The notes below the pieces were generated by a model. It ran no database searches and was not told where the DNA came from. It saw only the letters and a program-made list of their open reading frames with translations. Made by a program: the position numbers and the translations under genes. A stretch of 64,000 nucleotides of DNA from Pristiophorus japonicus (Eukaryota): assembly GCF_044704955.1 (NCBI RefSeq), contig NW_027254409.1, positions 310,001 to 374,000 on the forward strand, written 5' to 3'. Positions 1 through 12,194 of the stretch are shown one piece after another (the stretch's first letter is position 1; each line of letters begins with the position of its first letter).

Positions 1-463
1 TCATATCCTGACTGAACCATGTTCATTCTGACAGTTGGGGTTTGTCTCTGTTGATGTTAATAACCCTGTAACTGGGCTGGACTTTAATATTCTGGATATA
101 TTGCTGATTGTGTTCTCAGGGCTGCAGTGTCCATTTAAGAAACACTGTGGGTTATCTTTCCCCTTAATTCAGCAATTCTCAACATAAATTTAGTTTGCAA
201 TAAAATGATGAACTTTTACTTTAATCCTAAATTGATCTTTGGTACAAAATCTACAATAGTGTGTGAAAGTTTCCACTGAATAAAATCTCCAATTGGAAAG
301 AGCTTGCTGACAATTCTTAATGACTTGCTCATTACACACAGTGGCCCCTCCATATCCACCAGAAAGAAGGGGAATGGGAATTGGTGGGGAATCAGTGTAC
401 TCAAATGTTGTCCTTCCCATCTGGGTGTATCAATCCTCTCGGCACGAGAATGGAGACAAGTCC

Positions 464-1915
464 AGACCAAAACTGTGCGCAGTAGCCCAGGTGTGGTCTT
501 ACAGTTGTAGCAGTACTTCTCTACTTTTAGACTCCATCCCCTTTGCAATAAAGGCCAGCTGTACCTGCATGCAAACATTTTGAGTTTCATGTACAAGAAT
601 CCCCAGATCTCTCTGTATAACAGCATTTTATAATTGTCCACATCTAAATAATAATTTGCTTTTTTTTTCCTACCAAAGGAAATTACCTGATATTTTACCA
701 CATTATAGTCCATCTGCCAGATTTTTGCCCACTCACTGAGCCTATCTATACCCCTTTGTCGATTCTTTGCGTCCTCCTCACAACTTGCTTTCCCACCTAT
801 CTTTGTACCATCGGCAAATTTGGCTGCGTTACACTCGGTCCCTTCATCCAAGTCATTGATATAAATTGTAATTAGTTGAGGCCCCAGTACTTATCACTGC
901 GGCACCCCACTAGTTACTGTTTGCCAACCTGAAAATGATCCATTTATCCGGACACTCTATTTTCTGTTAGTTCGACAATCCTCTATCCATGCTGATATAT
1001 TATCCCCAACCCCATGAGCTCTTAGCATGTGCAGTAATATTTTGTGTGGCACCTTATCGAATTCTTTCTGGAAATTAAAATATACAACATCAAGTGGTTC
1101 TCCCTTATCCACTCTGCTCGTTACATCCTCAAACAACTACAGCAAATTTGTCAAACCTGATTTCTCTTTCATAAAACCATGCTATCTCTGCCTAACTGCA
1201 GTATGGTTTCCTAAATGTCCTGCTAGTACTTCCTTAATGATGAACTCGATTATTTTCCCACTGACAGCTGGTAAGCTAACTGATGTATAGTTTCCTGCTC
1301 CCTGTCTCCCTCCTTACTTGAATAGGCGTGTTACATTTGCAGTTTTCCAGTCCACTGGGACCTCTCCAGAATTCAGGGAATTTTGGTGGATTACAACCAA
1401 TGCATGCATTATTTCTGCAACTAATTATTTTAAGACCCGAGGATTTATGCCGTCAGGTCCAGAGGACTTGTCCACCTTTAGTCACATTAGTTTGATTAGC
1501 ACTTTATCTGTAGTGATAGTGATTGTTTTAAGTCATCCCCCCCACTCCCCCTCCGCAATAGCTCCTTGGTTATCAACTGTTGGTATGTTTCTAGTGTCCT
1601 CTACCGTGAAGCCTAATACAAAATATTAGTTCAAAATCTCTGCCATTTCCGTGTTTCCCATTAGTAATTCTCCAATGTCATCCTCTAAGCGAGCAATGTT
1701 TACTTTAGATACTCGTTTCCTTTTTATATCCCAGCAGAAGCTCTTACTGTTTGTTTTTATATTTCTTGCTAGTTTGCTCTCATCTGCTATCTTCTCTATC
1801 TTTTTCATTTTTCGTCATCCTTTGCAGGTTTCTAAAAATTCCCAATCCTCTGGCCTTCCACTGTCCTTCACAACATTATCTGCCATTTTTTCCAATTTGA
1901 TACCATCCTTTACTT
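464..1915 (-). mobile_element. CR1-clade (HER1-like) LINE, degenerate ORF2 reverse-transcriptase fragment
   Basis: Minus-strand translations include KFADGTKIGG (RT YADD-like motif), WAKIWQMDYNVVK and KTNSKSFC..IKRKRVSKVNI. Multiple stops and frameshifts. Confidence 0.9.
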
Positions 1916-2179
1916 CCATGACGACACTTGTTGCACACGTGATTGACCAGGACATGAGAAGTGTGGTTGCTCCACAACGACAGGGTTTCATCTGTTTCAA
2001 CAGAAACAACTACACTGTTTTATTTCCAGAAATAATCCCCGCTGTCTGGCCTGAATGAATCCATGTCACTACCAAATGCTGCAATGTTTCCTCCACCCCA
2101 CAGAGTTCCATCTGTTTAAAGCCACGACAGAAATGTCCCATTTCCTCCTGGAGTTTGAGGGACATCAGCTTTAACAATG

Positions 2180-2500
2180 GGGCAGAGTTTCAGCCAATGA
2201 GCGAGATCCAGACCCAGCCCCGCCCACTGCGGGGCTGCAAGCCTCACCTCTCACACAGTCTGATTGGCTGGAGGACCAACCGCCTGCCTGGTCCTCCAGC
2301 CCCGCCCCCATTCTCCCTATTGGTCGGGAGCTGCTGTCAATCAGCCAGGCAGTGTGAACTGAGCATGCACAGTGGGTGAGTCAGCAGGTGAGAGATGGGC
2401 GGAGGGAGGGAGCGGGTTAATAAAGAACATGCTTATTTGTACTGCCAAAATGGCCGCCACGCCGCACCATTTGTCTATGATTGGTCCCTTGGAGGATAAG
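2180..2500. promoter_or_regulatory. CpG-rich promoter-like element (CCAAT boxes, GC boxes, YY1-like site)
   Basis: CAGCCAATGA (~2191), several ATTGG, CCCCGCCC twice, AAAATGGCCGCC (~2447), GGTGAGT donor-like site (~2376) and a 13-bp perfect inverted repeat at 2266-2301. Confidence 0.55.
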
Positions 2501-2639
2501 CCACACCCTGAGATTTCACTGGAATGTGTAACTGGAACCGCCCATCCCAAGGTCTCACTGACTTTGCAAATTGAAACTTGATCCACTTTGAATTGCTGAA
2601 GTGACAGAGGACAGAGCTCCCCATAAGATAGCAAGGGCC

Positions 2640-5600
2640 AGCCAAAGTACCTTGCCCCCATCCCAGTGCATGCCTCCCCCAGCCGAAGTGCATTACCCCA
2701 GTCCCAGTACATGCCTCCCCCAGCAGAAGTGCTTTACCCCAGTCCCAATACATGCCCCCCCCAGCAGAAGTGCTTTACCCCAGTCCCAATACATGCCTCC
2801 CCCAGCCAAAGGGGTTTACCCCAGTCCCAATACATGCCTCCCCCAGCCGAAGTGCTTTACCCCAGTCCCAATACATGCCTCCCCCAGCCGAAGGGCTTTA
2901 CCCCAGTCCCAAGATATGCCTCCCCCAGACGAAGTGCCTTACACCAGTCCCAGTGCATGCCTCACCCAGCAGAAGTGCCCGACACTAGTCCCATTGCATT
3001 TCTCCTCCCGCCGAAGTGTCTTACCACCATCCAAGTATATGCCTCCCACAGCCAAAGTGCCTTACCCCAGTCCCAGTATATGCCTCCCCAGCCGAAGTGC
3101 CTTACCAAAGTTCAAGTGCATGCCTCTCCCAGCCGAAGTGCCTTACTCCAGTCACAGTGCATGCCTCCCCCAGCCGAAGTGCCTTACCCCAGTCAGAGTG
3201 CATGCCTCCCCCAGCCGAAGTGCCTTACCCCAGTCCCAGTGCAACCCTCCACCAGCTGAAGTGCCTTACCCCAGTCCCAGTGCATGCCTCCCCCAGCTGA
3301 AGTGCCTTGTCACAGTGTGAGTGCATGCCTCCAACAGCCAAAGTATTTTACCCCAGTCGCAGTGCATGCCTTGCCCAGCCGAAGTGCCTTACCCTAATCC
3401 CAGTATATGCCTTCCCCAGCCAAAGTACCCTACCCCAGTCCCAGTGCATGCCTCCCCCGCCGAAGTGCCTTACCCCAGTCCCAGTGCATGCCTCCCCCAG
3501 CCGAAGTGCCTTATCCCAGTCCCAGTTTATGCCTCCCCCAGTTGAAGTGCCTTACCCCAGTGCCAGTGTATCCCTCCCTCAGTTGAAGCGCCTTACCCCA
3601 GTCCAGTCTATGCCTCGCCCAGCCGAAGTGCCTTACCCCAGTCCCAGTGCAACCCTCCCCCAGCTGTGGTGCCTTATCCCAGTCACAGTATGTGCCTCCC
3701 CCAGCCGAAGTGCCTTACCCCAGTCCCATTGCATGCCTCCCCCAGCCAAAGTGCCTTATCCCAGTCACAGTGCATGCCTCCCCCAACCAAAGTGCCTTAT
3801 CCCAGTCACAGTGCATGCCTCCCCCAGCTGAAGTGCCTTAGCCCAGTCCCAGTGCATGCCTCCACCAGTTGCAGTGCCTTACCCCAGTCCCAGTGCATGC
3901 CTCCACCAGCCGAAGTGCCTTATCCCAGTCCCAGTTTATGCCTCTCCCAGTTGAAGTGCCTTACCCCAGTGCCAGTGTATCCCTCCCTCAGTTGAAGCGC
4001 CTTACCCCAGTCCAGTCTATGCCTCGCCCAGCCAAAGTGTCTTACCCCAGTCCCAGTGCAACCCTCCCCCAGCTGTGGTGCCTTATCCCAGTCACAGTAT
4101 GTGCCTCCCCCAGCCGAAGTGCCTTACCCCAATCCCATTGCATGCCTCCCCCAGCCAAAGTGCCTTATCCCAGTCACAGTGCATGCCTCCCCCAACCAAA
4201 GTGCCTTATCCCAGTCACAGTGCATGCCTCCCCCAGCTGAAGTGCCTTAGCCCAGTCCCAGTGCATGCCTCCACCAGTTGAAGTGCCTTACCCCAGTCCC
4301 AGTGCATGCCTCCACCAGTTGAAGTGCCTTAGCCCAGTCCCAGTGTCAGTTGAAGTGCCTTAGCCCAGTCCCAGTGCATGCTTCCCCCAGCCGAAGTACC
4401 TTACCCAAGTCACAATATATGCCTCCCCCAGCCGAAGTAGCGTTTCTCAGTGCAAATGCATGCCTCCATCAGCCAAAGTACCCTACCCCAGTCCCAGTAT
4501 ATGCCTCACCCAGCCAAAGTGCCTTACCCCAGTCCCAGGGTATCCCTCCCCAGCTGAAGTGCCTTAGACCGGTCCCGGTGGAAGCCTCCCGCAGTTGAAG
4601 TGCCTTATTCCAGACCCAGTGTATCCCTCCCACAGTTGAAGTGCCTTTCCTCCAGTCAAAGTGTATTGCTCCCCCGCCGAAGTTTCTTACTCCAGTCCCA
4701 GTGTATGCCTCCCCCAGTTGAAGTGCCTTACCCCAGTGCCAGTTTATCCCTCCCCCAGTTGAAGTGCCTCCCCCAGCCATTGTGCCTTACCCCAGTCCCA
4801 GTGCATGCCTCCTCAGCCAAAGTGCTCTAACCCAATCCCAGTATATGCCTCCCCCAGCTGTAGTGCCTTAATTCAGTCCTAGTGTAACCCTCCCTCTGTT
4901 GAAGTGCCTTACCCCAGTCCCAGTGTATGCCTCCCGCAGTTGAAGTACCTTGTTCCTGTCCCAATGTATCCCTCCCACATTTGAAGTGCCTTACCCCAGT
5001 CCAAGTATATACCTCCCCCAGTTGAAGAGCCTACCCCGAGTCCCAGTGCATGCCTCCCCGAGTTGAAGTGCATTGTTACAGTCCCAGTGCATCCCTCCCC
5101 AGCCGAAGTACCTTACCCCAGTCCCACTGTATCCCTACCCAGATGCAGTGCCTTACCCCAGTCCCAGTACATGCCTCTCCCAGTTGAAGTGCCTTACTCC
5201 AGTCCGAGTGCACACCTCTGCCAGCCGAAGTCGCTTACACCCGTCCCAGTGCATGCCTCTCCCAGCCAAAATGCCTTGTCCCAGTCCCAGTATATGCCTC
5301 CACCAACCAAAGTGCCTTAAACCAGTCACAGTTTATGCCTATCCCAGCCAAAGTGCCTTACCCCAGACCCAGTGCACACCTCCCCCACAACCGAAGTCCC
5401 TTACCCCATCCCAGTGCATGCCTCCCCCAGCCGAAGTGCCTTGCCACAGTATGAGTGCATGCCACCCCCAGCCAAAGTATTTTACCCCAGGCGCAGTGCA
5501 TGCCTTGCCCAGCCGAAATGCCTTACCCCCATTGCAGTGCTTGCCTCCCCCAGCCGAAGTACCCTACCCCATTCCCAGTATATTCTCCACCAGCCGAAGT

Positions 5601-7450
5601 GCCTTACCCTAGTCCCAGTGCATGCCTCCCCCAACCGTAGTGCCTTATCCTAATCCCAGTGTATCCCTCCCCCAATTGAAGTGCCCTTAACACAGTCTCA
5701 GTTTATGCCTCCCCCATTTGAAGTGTCTTATTCCAGACCCAGTGTAGCCCTCCCACAGTTGAAGTGCCTTTCCTCCAGTCCCAGTGTATCCCTCCACCAG
5801 TTGAAGTGTCTTACTCCAGTCCCAGTGTTAGCATCCCCCAGTTGAAGTGCCTTACCCCAGTCCCAGGGTATCCCTCCCAGCTGAAGTGCCTTTGCCCAGT
5901 CCTGGTGTAAGCCTCCCGCAGTTGAAGTGTCTTATTCCAGACACAGTGTATCCCTCCCACAGTTGAAGTGCCTTTCCTCCAGTCACATTGTATCGCTCCC
6001 CAGCCAAAGTTTCTTACTCCAGTCCCAGTGTATGCCTCCCTCAGTTGAAGTGCCTTACCCCAGTGCCAGTTTATCCCTCCCCCAGTTGAAGTGCCTTACC
6101 CCAGTGCCAGTTTATCCCTCCCACAGTTGAAGTGCCTTACCCCAGTCCCAGCGCATGCCTCCCCCAGTTGAAGTACCTTGTTATTGTCCCAATATATCCC
6201 TCCCACATTTGAAGTACCTTACCCCAGTCCCAGTGTATCCCTCCCCAGCCGAAGTACCTTACCCCAGTCCATGTGTATCCCTCCCCCAGTTGAAGCACCT
6301 TGTTCCTGTCCCAATGTATCCCTCCCACATTTGAAGTGCCTTACCCCAGTCCCAGTGTATCCCTCCCCAGCCGAAGTACCTTACCCCAGTCCATGTGTAT
6401 CCCTCCCCCAGTTGAAGTACGTTGTTCCTGTCCCAATGTATCCCTCCCACATTTGAAGTGCCTTACCCCAGTCCCAGTGTATTCCTCCCCAGCCGAAGTG
6501 CCTTACCCCAGTCCCAGTGCATGCCTGCCCTAGTTGAAGTGCCTGAACCCAGTCCCAGTGCATGCCTACCCTAGTTGAAGTGCCTTAACCCAGTCCCAGT
6601 GCATGCCTACCCTAGTTGAAGTGCCTTAACCCAGTCCCAGTGCATGCCTGCCCAAGTTGAAGTGCCTTAACGCAGTCCCAGTGCATGCTTACCCGAGTTG
6701 AAGTGCCTTACCCCAGTCCCAATGTATCCCTCCCCCAGCCGATGTGTCTTACCCCAGTCCCAATGTATCCCTCCCCCACCGATGTGCCTTACCCCAGTCC
6801 CAATGTATCCCTCCCCAGCTGAAGTGCCTTACCCCAGTCCCAATGTATCCCTCCCCCACCGATGTGCCTTACCCCAGTCCCAATGTATCCCTCCCCCAGT
6901 TGAAATGCCTTACCACAGTCCCAATGTATCCCTCCCCCAGTTGAAATGCCTTACCCCAGTCCCAATGTATCCCTCCCCCACCGATGTGCCTTTTCCCAGT
7001 CCCAATGTATCCCTCCCCCAGTTGAAGTGCCTTACCCCAGTCCCAGTGCATGTGTCCCCGACCCGATGTGCCTTACCCCAGTCCTAGTGCATGTCTCCCC
7101 CAGCCGATGTGCCTTACCCCAGTCCTAGTGCATGTCTCCCCCAGCCGATGTGCCTTACCCCAGTCCTAGTGCATGTCTCCCCCAGCCGATGTGCCTTACC
7201 CCAGTCCTAGTGCATGTCTCCCCCAGCCGATGTGCCTTACCACAGTCCTAGTGCATGTCTCCCCCAGCCGATGTGCCTTACCACAGTCCTAGTGCATGTC
7301 TCCCCCAGCCGATGTGCCTTACCCCAGTCCCAGTGCATGTCTCCCCCAGCCGATGTGCCTTACCCCAGTCCCAGTGCATGTCTCCCCCAGCCGATGTGCC
7401 TTACCCCAGTCCCAGTACATGTCTCCCCCAGCCGAAGTGCCTTCCTCAAG
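2640..7450. repeat. 41-bp tandem satellite array (~4.8 kb, roughly 115-120 units)
   Basis: Unit consensus CCCAGTCCCAGTGCATGCCTCCCCCAGCCGAAGTGCCTTAC, directly visible. Higher-order periods of ~409 bp (3647 vs 4056) and ~122 bp (6178 vs 6300). Confidence 0.97.
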
Positions 7451-7479
7451 TCCTATTTCCCTGCACCACCTGCATGGAA

Positions 7480-8060
7480 TGATTCGGGCTAGGAGGGGGC
7501 GGGGCTTGCCGCTTGTCAATCACAAAGTGCAGAACCAATAGTTTTCTGGGTTAATAAACCCGGGGAGTGAGTGGGGTCACACAGCCCGAGTGTGGGCCCA
7601 GGCCCGAGAGACAACACTCCGCACCATCCGCTTCACACACACCTGGGCTCGTCCCCAGGCCCAGAATCACAGCCTGCAGACCCCGTGTTTACCCACCGGT
7701 AACAGACACGGTCAATGAGCGTCCGGGGGAGTGGGCTCAGCGGCCATCATCTTGGTCAGGGCGGGGCGAGCGGGCTCAGCGGCCGCCATACTGGTCAGGG
7801 TGGAGGGAGCGGGTTCAGCGGCCGCCATCTTCGCCATCTTGGTCATGGTGGAGGGAACGGGCTCAGCGGCCGCCATCTTGGTCATGGTGGGGGGGTGGGA
7901 GATGGGCTGAGCGGCCGCCATCTTGGCCAGGTTGGAGGGAGCGGGCTTAGCGGCCGCCATCTTGGTCTGGGCGGATCTCGCGGCGCATGCGTGGCTTTTT
8001 CAGCAGGGACAATGGGTGGGCGGGGCTTCAGGTTGTCTGTCAGTTTGATTGGACCAGATG
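7480..8060 (-). promoter_or_regulatory. CpG-island promoter-like region with tandem YY1-site array, NRF1-like site, GC box and CCAAT box
   Basis: Six ~39-bp units carrying GCGGCCGCCATCTTGG or variants (7740-7965), GCGCATGCGT (~7983), GGGCGGGG (~8018) and GATTGG (~8047). Confidence 0.65.
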
Positions 8061-8129
8061 TTTGTGACCAGGTCAGTGGCCCCTGAAAGGGAGTCTTCTT
8101 GTGCTGATTGTTGCCTGGTGACTCTAGGC

Positions 8130-8415
8130 CAGCCCGACTCACCTTATTGGGCCAGCCTGGGCTCAACCGATTGGGCCAGCCTGGGCTCAACCTATTGGGC
8201 AGCCTGGGCTCACCCTATTGGTCCAGCCCAGGATCTTACTATTGGGCTAGCATGGGCTCATCCAATTGGGCAAGCACGGGCTGACCCTATTGGGCCAGCA
8301 CGGCCTCACCCTATTGGGCCACTCAATTGCACTCTTTTGGGCCAGCCCAGGCTCAGCCTACTGGCCAGCCCGGGCTCACCTTATTGGGGCAGCATGGGTT
8401 CACCCTATTGGACCA
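8130..8415. repeat. ~22-25-bp tandem repeat, most units containing ATTGG (inverted CCAAT)
   Basis: Unit approximately GGGCTCACCCTATTGGGCCAGCC, about a dozen diverged copies. Confidence 0.8.
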
Positions 8416-8511
8416 GCACAAAAGACGCAGTGTCCAGCAGAGAGAATCAGCAGCTCATTGATTTTATTCTCACTCTGCGCACAGCGGGTGCAGAATTGAA
8501 CCCAACCTTGT

Positions 8512-8628
8512 AAACTGGAAATGCATCATCACAGTCACATTGGGGAGAGGACGTTCACCTGCTCTGATTGTGGGAAGTGATTCACTCAGTCATCCAACCT
8601 GCTGACACACCAGCGAGTTCACAAGTGA
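8512..8628 (+). pseudogene. C2H2 zinc-finger gene remnant (last finger and stop), followed by conserved 3' flank
   Basis: Translates as [37 protein letters not shown]. TGEKP-like linker, CxxC and HxxxH, with an in-frame TGA at 8578-8580. Confidence 0.85.
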
Positions 8629-9053
8629 CTGCAGGGGTTAGATTCTGCTGTTATTGCTGGTGTTAATGGCTTCCTGACTGAATCTTGTTTCTTGTGTTGG
8701 TTGGAATTTGTTTCTGCTGATGTGAATAACCCCTATAACTGGGCTGGAGTTTAATAATTTGATATTTTAAATAACAGAGTGTGTCGATATTTGATGTCTC
8801 CAAGATAAGAGGGGACTAAGTTATTTCCTGTTACCGACTGCACCATTTTGTGCATTTTCTACTTTCTAATTCTCCATTATTTCAGTCTCATATCTTTGGT
8901 TACTCTCAGGGACAAGTCCCAGTTCCTCTTACCTTCCAGAGTACCTCTCCTTGCCTTGGTATCGAGCAAAGGTGTCAGAAACACGCCCGGGATCACTAAA
9001 CACAATACACCGTCTCTTAATCACTTTCAGATACTGGACTGAGTGTGTGCCCC

Positions 9054-9619
9054 TGTTGGAGCGGATTTTTGGACATATACTTGATTAGTATACGGGACCA
9101 AATATTTGTTTTTATTTTCCCCTTGAATAAATTTTGTAAGGGACAATACTGATGCATTATGCTTTATATAAAAAAAGCGCAGTTAGACTTCAAGGTATGC
9201 TGGCCTTGAGTTATGGAGATAGGAAAGTGAGATAATGAACGACTGGAGAGATAAGTGGGGGTATGTTTGTTTATACCGGTGCCAAAAAGCCTGCCACTTG
9301 TTTTTTTGTTGATAAAAGGAGAACTAGTCCTCTTGGATGTATATAATTCCTGTCACAATGCGAGGCTGGTTTATATCAAGAGCTCAGCCTTGGACAGTAA
9401 TTGTATGAAAAGCTTTGTAAACCTTGTAATGCGATGATTGGACTTAAGGACGTGATGTAAAGTGACATAATTTGTAAGATAAAAAATTTCACTGTAGATA
9501 TCAAATTGAGAAGCTGGTTCAAAGACAGGGGTCTCTAACACTTCTCCCAAAGCTTTGTCTCCGATTTAATAAACCTCTCTTTATATATTATACAGTCTCG
9601 GAAATATTTTTCCACAACA
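9054..9619 (+). repeat. 5' LTR
   Basis: TGTTGGAGCGG...TTCCACAACA, AATAAA at ~9568, about 95% identical by eye to 13795-14366. Confidence 0.96.
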
Positions 9620-9622
9620 AAA

Positions 9623-9640
9623 TGGCGTCACAAACAGGAT
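9623..9640 (+). promoter_or_regulatory. Primer-binding site, probably tRNA-Ser(CGA)
   Basis: TGGCGTCACAAACAGGAT 3 nt after the LTR. It differs at one position from TGGCGTCACGAACAGGAT, the complement of the 3' end of a vertebrate tRNA-Ser(CGA) as recalled; not searched. Confidence 0.75.
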
Positions 9641-11099
9641 ACTGTCCGATCAGACGTGATCACTTAAGACAGTATTTGGAATCTGGTGTTAGAGACTGAG
9701 AGAGAGGTGTATGAGCACGACGGGATAGTGTATAAGATACGAGTAAGTAGATAGCAGGAGGAGGCTGACTAACCAGTTTGACTTGTCCCTTTAGCAAATA
9801 AGGTCGGTGCAGAAGGGAGCTGATCACTCCAACCTAGAGCCGAAACTCCGGTGGTAAGGAAACACACTAGCTTTGTTGCGAAGACAAAGGGTCTCCACAG
9901 AGTAGTCATGGCCGTGAGTATTACAGAAACAAAGGGAAACGTCCAAGACTGGCGAACATGGAAGGTAAGGAAGGGAATGTAAAACGCGGGCTGCCCGGGT
10001 CATTAATTAATTCCTATCATTAATTGTAACTTGCGTAATTACATAATGCCATAAGAAATCTGATAGTGACTATCTTAAGTGACATATGGATCCAAAAATA
10101 GAACTGGCCAGACTTAAGCTTTGTTGAATGAAGAGAGACTTTTGTGAATGTCTATTTTGAATGAGAATACTTGAGTGATTTTGACTGCGGAATGAATGAA
10201 AAGCCTGTTTGGGAAGGTATGGAGTGGCTGACTGTTTTAGCTCCACCCACCTTTTCCAAACAGGGTGAAAGTTTTTTTTAACCCTTCGCAGTGTTGTCCT
10301 ATATATGGGAAGTTTAAGAAAGTGTGAACCTTATGGTATTACATTTTAAGTTAGAAACGCAGGTGTGGATATATTCGGATGATAAGTTACAGAGCTAGGA
10401 AATGCACAAAGGATAGGTTTGTTCAATAAAAGATAAAAAATACATGGTCCCAGTAGTTAAAAAAAAAAGAATTTATTTGACACACTCACTTACTTGTCGA
10501 AAGAAAACATGCAATTGGGTTGAAAGACATAAATTTAGTCGAGGAATGAGATAAAGAATGCCTTTTAAAATGCTCCCATTTTCCTTTGTGTAAAACCTTG
10601 ACACAAAAGCTTCTAGTTCAGTAAAAAAAAAGATTTAAATTGAGAAATACCTTCAGGGATCAGGCCAACTCCTGGGCTAGTGGTGAGCTATCTGTGAAGG
10701 TGTAAAAGGGACATTTGAAAAATGCTAAAACAGTAAGCTTTAGCAGTTTAGAAAAGAAAAAGATAAAGACGCAACTTTGAAAATAAACAAATTGAACGAT
10801 TGGAAAGAAAAACTGTCTTCGATTGTCTGATGATTTTCAATACAAAACCTAATTTGAAGAAAGGTGATCTAAAAAAAAAAGACGTAATACAATAATTAGG
10901 TGCTGGAAAAAATAAAGGGGTGTTTGCGATGGGTAAAGACATAACTTACTAAATACCAGTTGATATCAGCTGTGAAAAAGATATTGGTTTAATTGGAAAA
11001 AAAAATTTGAAGAGGTAAAAAACACTCTCCATTGATAATGATTTTAAATTATTAAAATTAAGTCAGTGCTGCTGGAGCCCGAGACGAACAGATAAGTAT

Positions 11100-12194
11100 T
11101 GAGAAACTACACCAGGACACTTCTGAGGAGGAAATAGGTATGTGGACAAAGCAGGGCGCAACGCAAGGGAAGGATAATGTTTGGAGACGAAATTACAAGG
11201 TAATGGCGCTTGAATGCATACAGAATACCTTATTGGAGTTGCATCATGGCCTGTCTCAATCAGGATGAGAGGCCATGACCGGGAGTCTTGGGAGAGATTG
11301 GTGGTGGAAAGGGATGGGGAGAGATATCACCAAACATTGCCATCGATGCATTACGTGCGCACAATATGATCCAGGCCGGCCCATTAAAATTAAAATGGGA
11401 CACCAGCCCCGTCAACGGGTGCCATGGGAACATGTACAAATTGATTTCACAGGTCCTTTGTCCCCATCCCATCGAAAAAAGATATTGCCTAGTGATTATA
11501 GATCAACTTACCCGGTGGGTAGAAGTTTTCCCCACACGTGATTGCACTGCCTCAACAGTGGTAAGGATATTCTGACCAAGGCACCCACTTCACCAGGAAG
11601 ATTGTAAAAACAATATGCCAGCTGATGGGCATAAAATAAAAATTCCACATCCCCTACCACCTGCAGAGTTCTGGGATGGTAGAGCGCATGAACCATACCC
11701 TTAAGAACGCCCTGGCAAAGGCCATGCAAACGTCAGGAAAAACGTGGACGGAAGTAGTACCCATTATATTGAGGAAGTTAAGAGCCACGACAAACTGGAC
11801 AACCGGATTAACCCCTTATGAACTAATGACAGGAAGGGCGATGCAATTACCAGAGAACATCATAACAGGGGGGGCCGATGTAGGCCCATTAAAAGACAAA
11901 ATAAAAATGTGTGCCTTGGAACTAAGTACTCAATTAAAAGGGATGTGTAAATTAGTTAGGGACAATCAGCAAGAAAGATACGCGGAAGCAGAGCTTACAA
12001 AGCTCCCTGAAGTCCCGTTGGCGGGAAGTCGCGTTATGGTAAGGGTCCTCCCGGGAAAACTGGGGTTTGCCCCAAAATGGATAGGACCATATGAGGTTAT
12101 AATCAGCGGGGACACTTGTGCCTGCATCGATGTTAAAGGGAACGGACAATGGAAGCATTGGACCCAGCTTAAGGTTTTTGAACCAGCCGTTTAG
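11100..12194 (+). pseudogene. pol: Retroviral pol, integrase portion only (disrupted)
   Basis: HHCC region (LHHGL...CHRCITC), PWEHVQIDF, LVIIDQLTRWVEVFP, DQGTHF, SSGMVERMN and a GPY-type C-terminus KWIGPYEV...WKHWTQLK. Stops, frameshifts and a small deletion near 11570. Confidence 0.92.

Noticed and set aside
200-285. C/D-box snoRNA-like ATGATGA...CTGA
   Set aside because: No terminal stem or recognisable guide sequence; expected by chance in AT-rich DNA.
2640-7450. CRISPR-like array or Ig switch region
   Set aside because: No unique spacers and a eukaryotic context. It is over 40 kb from the Ig cluster and not in the J-C intron, and sharks lack canonical switch regions.
2601-7541. Many Pro/Ser/Cys-rich ORFs (up to 239 aa) resembling SPRR- or extensin-like proteins
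   Set aside because: They are read-through of the 41-bp satellite; the same peptides appear in all three frames because 41 is not a multiple of 3.
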